Of a DNA stretch of 64,000 bases, positions 11,850 through 23,699 are shown piece after piece (within the stretch, counting starts at the first letter, position 1; each line of letters opens with the position of its first letter). The stretch is from assembly GCA_009103225.1 (NCBI GenBank), contig RHPI01002048.1, forward strand, positions 890,529 to 954,528. The letters run 5' to 3'. A model generated the notes under the pieces. It was not told the DNA's origin. It worked only from the letters and a program-made list of their open reading frames with translations, and did not search any database. The translations under genes were made by a program, and so were the position numbers. This stretch comes from Chlorokybus atmophyticus (Eukaryota; Plantae; Mesostigma and Chlorokybus algae).

Positions 11850-12330
11850 GGAGTTCATCAGCAACAACCCCGCCTGCGGGCTGCCATTAGACGTGGTAAG
11901 AGGCAGAGATAGTTTGCCATGGAAGATGCAACTGTTAAACTGGCTGGTAATATGCCGTTCACTAACTTAGTAGCTTTGCAGGGGGCGCTGCAATGCCATC
12001 GTTTCACTGGCGCTGACATCCGCAACCAGTACGTCCACAGCAGATTGCATACCAAGGCGCGCACTAGAGTGTCGTGCAATGTCAATGCGCGATACGAAAA
12101 TGCACGCGAACGTTCAAAGGACTACTACGGGATGTGGAATACTACCTGCTCGTCACATCTGGGGAGCACAACTTATGTGTTGCAATGCTTATGCTGTATA
12201 TATACTGAACATGTAGCTACCGATGGTCTATACACCATTAATCCCAACCACACCTTATAGAAAGGCGTGATGGTGGATGTTGCGTCCATTATCAATTACA
12301 TGGTTCTCTTTGCCAAGTCAACAAGGTCAT
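11850..12330 (+). pseudogene. Fragment resembling the C-terminal (DUF4216-like) region of a CACTA/Plavaka-type transposase
   Basis: RFTGADIRNQYVHSRLHTKARTRVSCNVNARY...KDYYG.VEYYLLV resembles the S..V....YG.V pattern seen at 5449-6012. Confidence 0.4.
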
Positions 12331-13449
12331 AAAGCAAAATGTACTGCTTCCTGTACAACACCTCATGAGCGAACTATTCTCATAGACCACGACAGCAAGG
12401 TACACCGTGCATGAACGCCATAATGCACTTGGTAAATGGAGTTCACACGTGGTAGTTGTTGTAATTTAAATTTGAGACTAGTCAGCTTGGTAGCTTGATA
12501 GCTTGCATTGTAGATCTTAATAGTATACACATGTACACTAGCTGCTCTGATGTAGTAGACGGACTTAAATACGGTAGGGCAGTGTCTGCCTGTCTGGGTG
12601 TAAGTCAAACTCGTAAGTTTAAGTCAGATTGGGGTCTATAAACCTTGTATGCGTTTGGATCAAGTTTTGGCTGCTGGGAAACCATTTCAGGAATCCTCAA
12701 TGGTGGTTGGAGTGTCAGACTTGCCACCATTAGGCTGGTGGCGGCGTGGGCAGCTTTAAGGGCATGTGGAGGTCGACCTCAAGTGTACTTTTAGCATGTG
12801 ATAGGCTGGTTTAACGTAACTAGCACGTATTCAAGACAGTTGGGCTGGTTGTAGACTGGCTCGAAGCTTAGATAGCCTTCGTCTTTGCAGTAGTCAAAAT
12901 TGGGCTACTTGTACTATATAAGTTGGCTTGGATTCTTTATTAGGTTGGTCTACATTGCTTGCACTTCCTTGTCGAGCGTGTTGTTGCGTTTTGCACTTGT
13001 GTTTACATGTGCTTCACACTTAGTTCCAGCTTTACACATAGTAGTGCTTTAAGTTTAATTGTGTGAGTACTTAAGTTTGAATTTTCCAAGCCTTTTTTAT
13101 TTATTTTATCAACAGTAATTGCAGTGCAGGTACCCCATACATCACGTTGGACGGCAAGGTCTCTGCCAGCTTATACATTACCTCTTCTTATCATCTGCAC
13201 AATGTTTTGCTGGATTGAATGAATACACTCAAATGGTCGAGATTAGCCTGTCTACCAGAAGCTGCCGAAGTGTGTAGGTACTGTAGCATTTCAGCTAAGT
13301 AACTCTAGATAGTCTATTGCGCTCTATTACAGGCCTACTTATTATCTACCTGCTGCGCCAGGTTATCTATTTCTATTTGTACATATACTATAAAACACTC
13401 CATTATTTATATATCACGTCCGTCATTTGCCTGACAACAAAACTAGACA

Positions 13450-13905
13450 CTCTAGCTAACACCTAGCATGAGCTATGGATAACTCTGCTCTTCACCTTAA
13501 TAACCTAGTCTGCACACCGCAATACCTAGTTAAATCTACAAATATCGAAGAACTTCTACTCCATAAACGCTGAATAGCATCCACCTACCCTGTAGTATAC
13601 TGATTGTGGGACTAAACACACCCTGTTTAAGACCTCATCACAGGCTAAATAAACACTCTACCGGGTCTAGCTGACACCTCGCATGATCTTATAGACAACT
13701 CTGCTCTTCACCTCTTCAACAGCAGAGTATCTTGTAAACTCTGCAAATGCCGCAGGACGGCTACTCTGTAAACGCTGGCTGGCATCTACCTACCCTGCAA
13801 TATACCTAATTGTGGGAGCAAACATACCCTGTTTTAGCAATCAAGTACCAAGTCTTCACCTAATCTGTTGCAGATGTTAGGTACTCTGGCCGAGTCTAGC
13901 TGGCG
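13450..13905. repeat. Diverged tandem repeat of about 210-230 bp (2 copies plus a partial third)
   Basis: TCTAGCT.ACACCT, AACTCTGCTCTTCACCT, CTACCCTG and ATTGTGGGA...ACCCTGTTT occur twice; TCTAGCTG recurs near 13895. Confidence 0.7.
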
Positions 13906-16900
13906 TCTAGTGGGACATCTGGTCTCCACATTGGGCTAACTATAAAGTAGGTATAGACCACACACGGCGTGACATTTAAGGACCATGTATGGTCCTTCCA
14001 TGAACCCCGCGGGCCAAACATGGTCCGTGCCCCGCGGACCACGAGTGCGTTGGCCGCGTGCGAGGCCCGCACCATCCATGGTTCTTTCGGGGGCCCCATT
14101 CCGGAGCGCAGTTACGCACCACGTATGGCGCTTGCTTGAGCACGTACAATGCCTTTACAAGTCTGCAAGCAGTGCCTGGTCCTCCCTCCTCATAGCCCTA
14201 GGGTTGCTGCATGTGGATCTCGTCCTTCAACTCTCCGTAGAGGAATGCAGTCTTCACATCCAAGTGGTGTAGCTCCCAATCCTCAGCTACTACAAGTGCA
14301 GACATGGTGCGAAAAGTTACAAGCTTACTAGCAGGGGCGTACACCTCATTAAAGTCAATGCCCTCTTGCTGCAAGTACCCCTTCACCAATCGTGCCTTGT
14401 ATCTCTCGATGCGGCCTTGCCCATCGCGCTTGATCTTGTACACCCACTTCACCGGTAAGGGCTTCACTTCAGGTGGGACCTTCTTCAGCCTCCATGTACA
14501 ATTGGCGTGCAAGGATGCTATCTCCTTGTCCATCGCATGCTGCCACAGCTCTGTGTCTGGGGCTGTCATGGCCTCCTCATATGTGGTAGGCTCCTCCTCT
14601 TTGGTTGATGCTGCCAAGCTTTTGAAGCGTCTTTCCTCAGGTCTCGTGCTCCTCAGCATGTACCTGGGCTCCTCCTGGACCTCCACAGCTTCTTTCTCCC
14701 ATGCTTGTTGCTGAGACTGATGGTTGGTGTCTGCAGTTTGGTCCTCAGGGTGCGGAATGTGATTGATTGGTGACTCCTCCATGTGGGGGTCCTCCTCCTT
14801 CTCAACAACAACAACAACCTCTAGGACAGCACCTGTAATGCCTTCCTCCATAAACATCACATCCATACTCACCGCCACCTTGTTGTCTTTCGGCAGCACA
14901 CGGTAGGCCTTTGAGTTGAACTTATAACCGATAATTACGCCCTTTTTGCTCTTGGGCGCCAGCTTCTTTTGCAGCTGCTTGGGGATGACAACATACACTG
15001 TAGAGCCGAAAACATAGAGATGTCTGGCCTTTGCTTGGTGAAAAGCTCCCACGGTGTCTGGCCTTTGCTTGAGATGCTTTCGATGAGCGATTGCGCACAT
15101 ACGCTGCAGTAAGCAGTGCATCTCCCCGCCTATGGTCTTGCATTTTTGCGTCCACCAGCATTGCTCTGACTTTCTCCAACAGGGTTTGTTAAGCCTTTCA
15201 GCTGCTCCGTTCTGCTGCGGGGTGTAGGGTGCCGTGTATTGGTGCGTGATCCCGTGCTCGGCCAACTAGGTCTTTAGCTTCTTGCTGATGTTTTCTCCAC
15301 CTCTATCTGACCGCACTGTCACCACCTTTTCTCCATCAGGAGGAGTGCCTTCTTCAGATGTGCCGACACTTCCGACTTCAAATGCAGGGGCACCACCACC
15401 GCAACCTTGCTGTGGTCATCCAGGAATGTACAAAAACACCTGTACCCCTCAACAAGTGCAACAGGCAGTGGTCCGCAAACATTAAAGTGTACCAGAGGCT
15501 TGGTTGTTACACTCTGTGATGCTAGGAATGGCAGTCTTCGTTGCTTCGCTAGCACACAGGGTTCACAAAACACCTCTTGCATGGTTTTGAACTCCTCCGG
15601 CTGTTGTTGATGCCATCCATCATGTCTTCCTCCACCAGCCTGGTGAGGTTATCGTAGCCAAGATGTCCAAGTCATCGATGCCACAGCGCTGCAGACTCTT
15701 TTGTCGATGCAGTATACGCTTGCACTCTAGCAAGCTTTACATACTCTCCTCCTCCATGATCTTTGGCGATTATGTACACGACCCCATCAAACAGTACACG
15801 CCCATGGTCTCCCTCGAATACAATCCTAGCCCCAGCTCTTGCAGCAGCACGCACGAAGACTAGCCTAACAACCGCTTGGGGAACATCTAACACGTTGCGC
15901 AAGCACACTTGCCTCTCAGCTCCGTCAACACTGTAGTTGAGGTGGATGTCCCCCATGCCAATGGCTGCTTCCTCACTGCTTTCAAGTGTAACCATGACAG
16001 GCTTATGCCATAAGCCTGTAGCTTTGGAACTACTCCTTGTCAAAGGTGAGATGCTTGTTGCACCCAGAGTCCAGAACCCAAGCAGTAGTAGATCTTGATG
16101 CTGCAGCTGTAAACGTCACGGGTTTTTCACCTTTGTTGTCGTGTCCGCCACCCTTCGCCTTCTCTTGCTCCGCTAACCATAGCCGGCACTCCATCTTTAA
16201 GTGGCCCTTCTTCCCGCAATGATGACACTTGAGGGTCTTCTTGTAGCCTTTCCCTTTCCTGTTGCCACCGTTGTACGAGCCTCCTCCTCCACCCTGACTT
16301 CCTTTCTTTGAGCTTGAAGCATCAAACGCCACCAAATCTTCTTCATTCCTTCTCTTGCCTGTCTTCTCTTCTTGTTAAAGCAGCATGGGCAGCACCACAT
16401 TGAGCTTGAGTTCTTCCCTTTGCGTCTCAAGCACGGTCACCACCATGTCGTACTCCTCAGGCAGATCGGTGAGGATAGCCCAAACCAGGTCCACCTCCTT
16501 CACCTCGTGGCCTATCAAGGTGAGGTCTTTCCACAACTCCCTTGCTCGTCCCACGTACTTGGAGATAGGCTCTCCGCTAACTCCTTCTTCAGCGCGGGCT
16601 TCTCAGTTGCAGCTTCCTTGCATTGTAGCTTGCTTTAAATGTGTCTATTAGCTTCTGCCACGCTTCCTTTGCACGCTCACACTCATCAAGCATCACAAGA
16701 TGGTGATCCTTCATGTTCAAGAATAGCAATGCAAATGTCTTTCCACTCTTCTCCAACCACACACTCTGCATACCCTCTACAGGTGCGTTACCGTTGGGAT
16801 CGGCATACTTCCACAAACCGTTGTGCTTCAGGAGCGCCTTTATCTTATGCTCCATGTGCTGTAGTTCTCCAGGTCCAGAGGTGCCACCATCAACCTAACG

Positions 16901-17022
16901 CTGGAGCCTTCATCTTCTGCCATCTTGTCACGCCTTCTTTATAGGTCTTCCGCAAGTAGCAGTTCCGATCAGCTCTTCCACTGGTTGTAGTGCTGTCTCC
17001 TCTCTTGAGCCACTAGCAGTGT

Positions 17023-17034
17023 GGGCCCATAACC
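17023..17034 (-). promoter_or_regulatory. Primer-binding site GGTTATGGGCCC (half-tRNA-iMet type)
   Basis: Lies directly after the LTR end TCAACA on the minus strand; this PBS type is known from copia/Ty5/Osser-like elements. Confidence 0.8.
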
Positions 17035-17541
17035 TGTTGAACACTGAGCTAGCGCTGGCCAACTACAACGTACACATGCACCAGAACATATACACAAGGC
17101 GTGCACACAAGGCTTGCAAAGGGGTTTCACCCGAACCAACAACTTGTTAATTCTGTTGGCCTTTATACCAGCCAGACTACACGTGTATACTTTAGCAAGC
17201 ACCGCGTGAGCTATACTCAGCAGATTGCCAATATGTAAGCTTAGCTGTCTGGCTTACAGCCAAAGCTTTCCAACAAGCTAAGCCACGCCTCTTGAGGCTA
17301 AGTATACGCGAAGTTCTTGCCGTTCTCCCCAGGCGTCGGCTGCGTCAGGCTGCGCCAGCCTCATGAGCAAGTCCGGAGTCTCCTACTTAGTCATACTCCG
17401 CGTAGTGGACTCGATATCTGCTACAGTCTCATGACTGATCGATATCAGCTCACAATAGTAGCAGTATCTTTAAGGCTCATGCCTTAGCCAATCCACAAGC
17501 TGACTGGACTGAGCAGTGTGCAAGACATGCTCATGCTAACA
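17035..17541 (-). repeat. 5' LTR of Copia element 2 (about 507 bp)
   Basis: Minus strand TGTTAG...TCAACA; shares blocks (GTCAGCTTG, GCTTGTTGGAAAGCT, GGTATAAA, GCCTTGTGTRTATGYTCTGGT) with the LTR at 1315-1786. Confidence 0.7.
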
Positions 17542-17543
17542 GG

Positions 17544-17639
17544 CACTGTTACTGCCTTGACCCTCCATTGGACAAGGTGCCGTTGTGGGAGTATTGGTGC
17601 GATGACTGCCGCATTAACAATCCTCCACACAGTTGGTAG
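17544..17639 (+). pseudogene. C-terminal half of a PHD finger, end of an ORF of an LTR element
   Basis: HCYCLDPPLDKVPLWEYWCDDC...stop; followed by polypurine tract AAGGGGGGGTGGC (17678-17690) and TG at 17692. Confidence 0.7.
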
Positions 17640-17691
17640 AAGCTGAGTCCTGGAGCAGGAGGCTACCCCAGAACCTTAAGGGGGGGTGGCT

Positions 17692-17939
17692 TGTTGACTG
17701 CGTGTACTACAGCACAATAGGTACAGTAAGGAGGCGAGCATCACTAGCTTTACTACTAATCAGATCCTCACATAGGTTCATCCCCGAGCTTATGCCTATG
17801 TCTGAGGGATTGACTTTGTTTGTGTTGCTCTAATGCTGCGCGTAGCACCAGCATGCCCACGGCATGGGCACTCGTCTGCAATGTGCCCGAGACGGTGTGA
17901 CCCTTGACCATGGCAAGCACGACACAGTAAGGTACCCGG

Positions 17940-17984
<45 letters not shown>

Positions 17985-18047
17985 CTTTTCATCTGAGCAC
18001 CACGCTCCAAGTACGACATAGTTAGAATACTTGTTCTGTGCACGACA
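17692..18047 (+). repeat. Candidate 3' LTR of the PHD-carrying element
   Basis: TGTTG after the PPT and ...CACGACA at 18047. The right boundary is uncertain. Confidence 0.4.
17942..17978. repeat. (AT)n microsatellite
   Basis: About 18 AT units. Confidence 0.95.
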
Positions 18048-18394
18048 ACGTAATAGAGATCTTCAAAATCATGTGACCCACGCTCATGAACACAACGCTT
18101 ACCTTACGCTTCACTTGAAGTTGATAGCTTCCATGACCATTGTACTTCATCGTCCAGGAATATTGCCACTGAGGCTGACCTATAGATTTCAGAACTGCAA
18201 CACGTGGCACGAGAACGACGTTAATGGTGGTCGCGGCATTCGGCTTCTCAGCCCCTGTCAATTTCAGATCGTCATCTGTCGGTACAAGCTGATCACTCTC
18301 GTGTACACAACACAAAGACATTTAAGCTCAGAGAAGCTGATGCACACCCCAAATTGCTTACATGAATAGATGGTGTCCTTGTTTACATCACTGC

Positions 18395-18911
18395 TGTAAC
18401 GGGAGCAATAATAATAGGGGTATTATTGCTACTTAAATAACACATTCTGTATGAATAAGTATCCAAATAGGCTTATTTATACCTCTTTTTTACGGTTCCT
18501 CGCTTATTAAAGGCTATGATGCTTTATCATAGCTTAAATAAGTCTGAATGGGTGTAGAACCGCTTATTCAAGCCTATTTAGTGTTACATTGATAATGTGA
18601 ACACTATCTCGTTAGGTGCCTTACGATAGGTATCTTTCGATAGGTACCTTATCGATAGGTACCTTATCTGAGCTGTGATTGGCTCACGCTAGATTTCTCA
18701 ACTACCCTATCTGTAGGGTCGATGTCTAATTGTGAGTTAATTATCGAGAGGTATATAGTTGATATACTCTTGATATAAAAGGTCACATCAAACTGATGTG
18801 GGGAGTTTTCTGCTAAGTGGCGGCCACGCCGTTGAAAGGCTTGTCATAGGCGGTGTGGGTGTTGGGGTAGAGGACTGAAGGGGCATCACCGGCGACGGTG
18901 GTGATGTTACA
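18395..18911 (+). repeat. 5' LTR of the chromovirus
   Basis: Direct repeat of 23846-24354, visibly diverged (roughly 10% by eye). Confidence 0.95.
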
Positions 18912-19448
18912 TTGGTATCCAGGAGCTGGGGGGTGACGTGGGTACTTATAGGGGGCGGCGACCTGCTTCCGGCTAATCAGAAGGCGGCGGCGGCGGCGGC
19001 GGCCTCCTATTCGTCCACGCAGCCCAAGCTTCAAGTTTGCTTCCCCGCGCTACCTCCACGTTGAAGCCACCCATCAAAGAGGCGGCCTCTCCACGTGTGA
19101 GGTACCATCACACACGTCGGTGACTTGCCTGCTTGCCAGCTGCTTGCCAGGTGCATGCCAGGTGCATGTATGTACTTTCATGCACATCATCATTTAATGA
19201 CTTGCCAGTGCATGAGAGTGCGGCTTGCTAGTGCCATTACTGCTTGTCACACTTAGTGCACTATCATTGCTTGCAGTGATTGCCTGTCATTGCATGCGGT
19301 GAGTGCTTATCATTATGCTTACCGGTGCATGTCACAGTTGGTCACTGTACGGCCTGTCTGTTGCATGCCTGTGACGTACCTGTGACCTGCCAGCTGCTTT
19401 TCCGGGTCACTTAACCCGGGTCCGTAAGTTCTCAACCAAGCTGTTTTC

Positions 19449-19625
19449 AAACCCTCCCCCTCTGGCTTCGGCCTGGAGATCGGGACTTGGTTGAGACAGT
19501 TTTGGGGAGGTTTTAAGACATTCTGTTCCCAAACATTGTTATTCTGAAACCCTCCCCCTCTAGCTTCGACCTGGAGATTAAGACTTGGTTGAGGACAACA
19601 CAGGGTTAGGACATTCTGGTCCCAC
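19449..19625. repeat. Two copies of a unit of about 98 bp in the chromovirus leader
   Basis: AAACCCTCCCCCTCT.GCTTCG.CCTGGAGAT...GACTTGGTTGAG...GACATTCTG at about 19449 and 19547. Confidence 0.8.
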
Positions 19626-19791
19626 TCAGACTTGTTTTGTTTGGTGACACTCCAGATCCAACCTTTTTTGTTTTGGGATTGGTGTAAACTGAGTTTGGGA
19701 CTTTTACAACTTGGGGTCATTTTTATCCTCTCGTTGAACCTGGTCCATTGGTGAGGTTCTCACCATTCCATTTTGCCTATTTAACAGACAA

Positions 19792-22700
19792 ATGGAAGAG
19801 AACTCGGTGCCCACCTCCAAGGGGGAAAGCTCGCAAAAAGAGCAATTTTCCCGTGAGGAGGAGTTTCCATCCACGGAGGACTTTTCCAACCCGGATGATG
19901 CACCTGATGAGTCTTATGCTGCTAAGGATGTGGATGGCTTGGTGGAACCAAACGGGCCACCACCACCACCATCATTCGTGCAGCCTGAAGTCTCAATTCA
20001 CTTGACAAAACAGAAGTTGATGGACCACTTTCTTGGCACCTATGATGAGGAGCCTTGCGAGGCAACTGTCTCGCTCGTCAACTTCCTCTTTCATGTGGCG
20101 GAAAAGATCTTAAAGCTCACCACCTTTATGGGGCGAGATTGGGAGGGAACGATGGGTGAAGGAAAACGTGTTATGAACATGAGCGAGCGCCTTCAACGCT
20201 CTGATAGTGGTCCACCTGTTGAGGCGCTTGCTCGACCTGCCGAGTTTGTTCCCAACAAACAAGCGGCAATTTTCGACTGGCTCGTGAAGCTGAGACATTA
20301 TGTCAACTCCCTTCACATTTTTAAGGAGGGGAAGTTGCGTGTAGCTGAGTTGCTGATCCCAAACGATGCTCTGGCAGAGTGGTACCGCCGTAAGCAACGG
20401 GATACGAACCTCGGGCGGGAAGTGAATCAGTTGTGCTCTTTTATGGAGCAGCACTATGGTGGCGCAGATCCTGCCCAGGTTGCTCGCAATCAGTTGCACA
20501 ATCTGCGTTAAAACAAGCGTCCGATTCAGCAGTATAACCAGGATTTTTAGTCGTTTATCAGCAAGATTAATGCTGGCAAACTACCTATCAGTGATGCTGA
20601 TCAGCTGGATATGTTCAGGCGTGGCTTGAACACAGATCTCGTGCAGCATGTGGCCGTCAACCCCGCAAATTTGCAAAAGTGGGCCTCGACGGATTTACCA
20701 ATGCTGATGCAGATGGTTGCTGCTGTGGACAGTGTGAAGCGCTCTCACGCAAACATGCAAACCACAGCAAAAAAGGCAGCCCCGGTTTCAGCTTCCAAGC
20801 GCCCGGCCACTGACAACAAACCTTTTGTGAAAAAGGCGAAAACATCTCAGCCTGCTGGCCCCTACAACGCGGCCAAATCCACCATTACTTGCAACTTCTG
20901 CAAGAAGACAGATCATGTGGAGGCCAAGTGCTATACAAAGCAGCATGCACAGAAGGCCAAGCAGCAGAAGGACAAGAAATAGGAATTGTCCGTGGTTGGT
21001 AGCTTAATCGAGCAGAACGACTTTAAAAAGTCTGTACTGCTTGATAAAGTTTCCTCTCTTTGTGATGTATCAGATGTATGGACTGATGTGAGCACACCAC
21101 CTGTGTAGACAAATGCAAACGGTTGTGTTTTAATCAATATTTCATTGTCTGAATTGGTAACTGCTATTAAGCACTTACACGAGTTGCAATTACAACATGC
21201 TGTCACTGCATGCGTGGTTATCCCTCGGTATCATAGCCTGTGGTCGCGATTGCTGAAAGGGGGAGAAGTAATTATGCAACTCTCACGCAAGGATACAGGA
21301 GCTTCACCGTTGCAAGTGATCTTTATTAAGCCTGCTACCAATTACGGCACTCCGATATTGGTTACATTTGATGGTCACTCAGCGCCACTCAAATGGAGAT
21401 TTGAGAGTCGACTTATGGGTACACCATGTACAGCATTAATTGATACTGGTGCAAACCATAACTTTGTTGAACATGCTTGGGTGAAACGTAATAACATACC
21501 TTTCACACCAGTCACGTCGTATGTACATGCTGCTGGTTCCACCCTTAATGCAATTGGGGAGGTGAAGGGGCGTTTTTTAATTAATAGCCACAAGACTCGA
21601 CCAGCTTTCATTGTGGTGGATATAGGTATCCCCGGGGTGGATGTTGTTTTGGGTGAACAGTGGCACACCGAAGCAGGTTTGCAATTGGACTCTCGTGCAA
21701 ATACGTGCAGCCTTCGTAAGGGTAAACGTAAGGTGACGTTAACCGCATTTGTACTCACACGTGTTGCTCGCGAGAATGTTCCGCTCCTCTCTGCTATGCA
21801 ATTGAAACATTGCATGCGTAAACGTGAGGAAGTATATTTTATGCACTTACGACGGGTAGAGACACTTGTTGAACAGGCCGTAATCGACCATGTGGTGCAA
21901 TCACTTACGGAACAATACGCAGATGTATTTCAGGATGAAGTCCCGGAGTTGCCTCCTGATAGAAACATACATCATACCATTCCGTTGGAAGAGGGGGCAA
22001 AGCCACCTTGGCGGCCTATCTATAGGCTAAGTCCCTTAGAACACGCGGAAATGGAAAAACAGCTCAAAGAGTTATTGGACAAAGGTTTAATAACAATGAA
22101 CATATTTCCTTTGGGTGCACCAATTTTGTTTGTGCCCAAAACAAATGGCAAGCTACGCATGTGTATTGATTACCGTGCGTTGAACAAGGTTACTGTGAAA
22201 AATAGATACCCTTTGCCTCGGATTGATAAGTTGTTTCATAAGTTGTCAGGTGCAACAGTGTTCAGCACACTGGATTTGGACAATGGTTATATAAATCAAA
22301 ATCCACCCGTTGGATATACAAAAAAATGCATTTCGCGCCCCACTTGGACACTTTGAGTATAAAGTGTTACCATTTGGGTTAACAAATGCACCGGCTACGT
22401 TTCAGACAGCAATGAACGCGGTATTTGCTGGTGAATTGTACAAGTTTGTACAGGTAAATCTGGACAACATTAGTGTGTTCAGCAAATCCCGGGAGGACCA
22501 CCACAGGCATGTGGAATTGGTAGCTAAGTTACGCGAACACAAATTTTATGCCAACCTGTCCAAATGCAACTTTGCAAAGGATGAACTACCCTTTTCAGGG
22601 CATGTGATTGGCAAAGAAGGATTGAAACCAGATCCTCAAAAGGTGTGTGCGGTGAAGGATTGGCCACCACCCAAGGATGTACATCAGTTACGTGCTTTCT

Positions 22701-23699
22701 TGGGGCTAGCTAATTACTTTCGCAAGTTCATGCGAGCATATTCTAGCATGGCAAATCCTTTAACATCTTTACTAAGAAAAGATGTTAAATTTGTGTGGAC
22801 GGAGGCACGCGAGGTTGTTTTTACACGCATTAAAGATGCATTAACACAAGCCCCTGTATTAGCCTTCCCCGACCACACCAAGCCTTTTCTGGTGATCAGT
22901 GATGCTTCCACCATTAGGTGTGGGGCAGTCCTTCTACAGGATGACAGACCATGTGCATATGAAAGCAGAAAGTTCATTCCTGCTGAACGTAGTTACAACC
23001 ACAGAGCAGGAATTGCTCGGGGTGGTGCACGCGCTGCGCACATGGCGTTGCTACTTGGAAGGTGTGGAGTTTTCAGTGATTATTGATCACAACCCGCTCA
23101 CATTTTTTCATACGCAACAAAATCTGTCGAGGTGGCAAGCTAGGTGGAATGAATTCATTTCTCGTTTCACTTTCACTTGGCAATACCGTCCAGGCTCAAG
23201 TCAAGCTGTGTCTGTCAGAAGCACAGGATAGGCAAAAAGCTTATGCTGATACACATCGAGAATGGCCACTTTCGATGTCCGCGATAAAGTTTTGCTTAAC
23301 GCAAAGAACATAACCATCGAAGGTACGGGTGCTCGCAAGTTGCTGCCTCGATGGTTAGGTCCTTTCTCTATCTCTGATGGAGTTGGTACGCACGCTTATA
23401 GTCTGCAATTGCCCCCAAGTGTGCGTATACACAACGTGTTCCATGTGAACTTGTTGAAACCTTACCGCTCAGACGGTAGAACACAGCCTCCACCACCGCC
23501 AGTTGAGGTGGACAGCGAGCTCAAATACGAGGTGGAAGCTATATTCAACCATAAGCTAAATAGTCGAGGACGCGCAACTCGCTTTTTAATAAAATGGAAA
23601 GGGTATGGCCCAGAACATAACAGTTGGGAGCCCGACATGCATCTTACGCACTGCCGCGAGTTGCTTCGAGCTTATTGGGATTCACGTCCGGTCCCATAA
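19792..23699 (+). pseudogene. Chromovirus gag-pol (gag, CCHC, extra domain, protease, RT, RNase H, integrase C-terminus, chromodomain)
   Basis: ORFs 19792, 20611 and 21145 share one frame; frameshifts follow in RT, RNase H and integrase. Confidence 0.9.

Larger units (their letters stand above)
14100..17541 (-). mobile_element. Ty1/Copia LTR retrotransposon 2 (5' LTR, PBS, gag-PR-IN-RT), truncated inside RT
   Basis: gag (W...KALLKHNGLW), CHHCGKKGHLKMEC, WVLDSGCNKHLT, LWHR...CEPCVLAK, integrase PYTPQQNGAAERLN, RT KWVYKIKRDGQGRIERYKARLV and LHHLDVKTAFLYG; many frameshifts; start ATG near 16923. Confidence 0.92.

Noticed and set aside
13978-13997. 9-bp-stem hairpin as a Helitron 3' end
   Set aside because: No CTRR terminus at the expected distance and no Rep/helicase remnants
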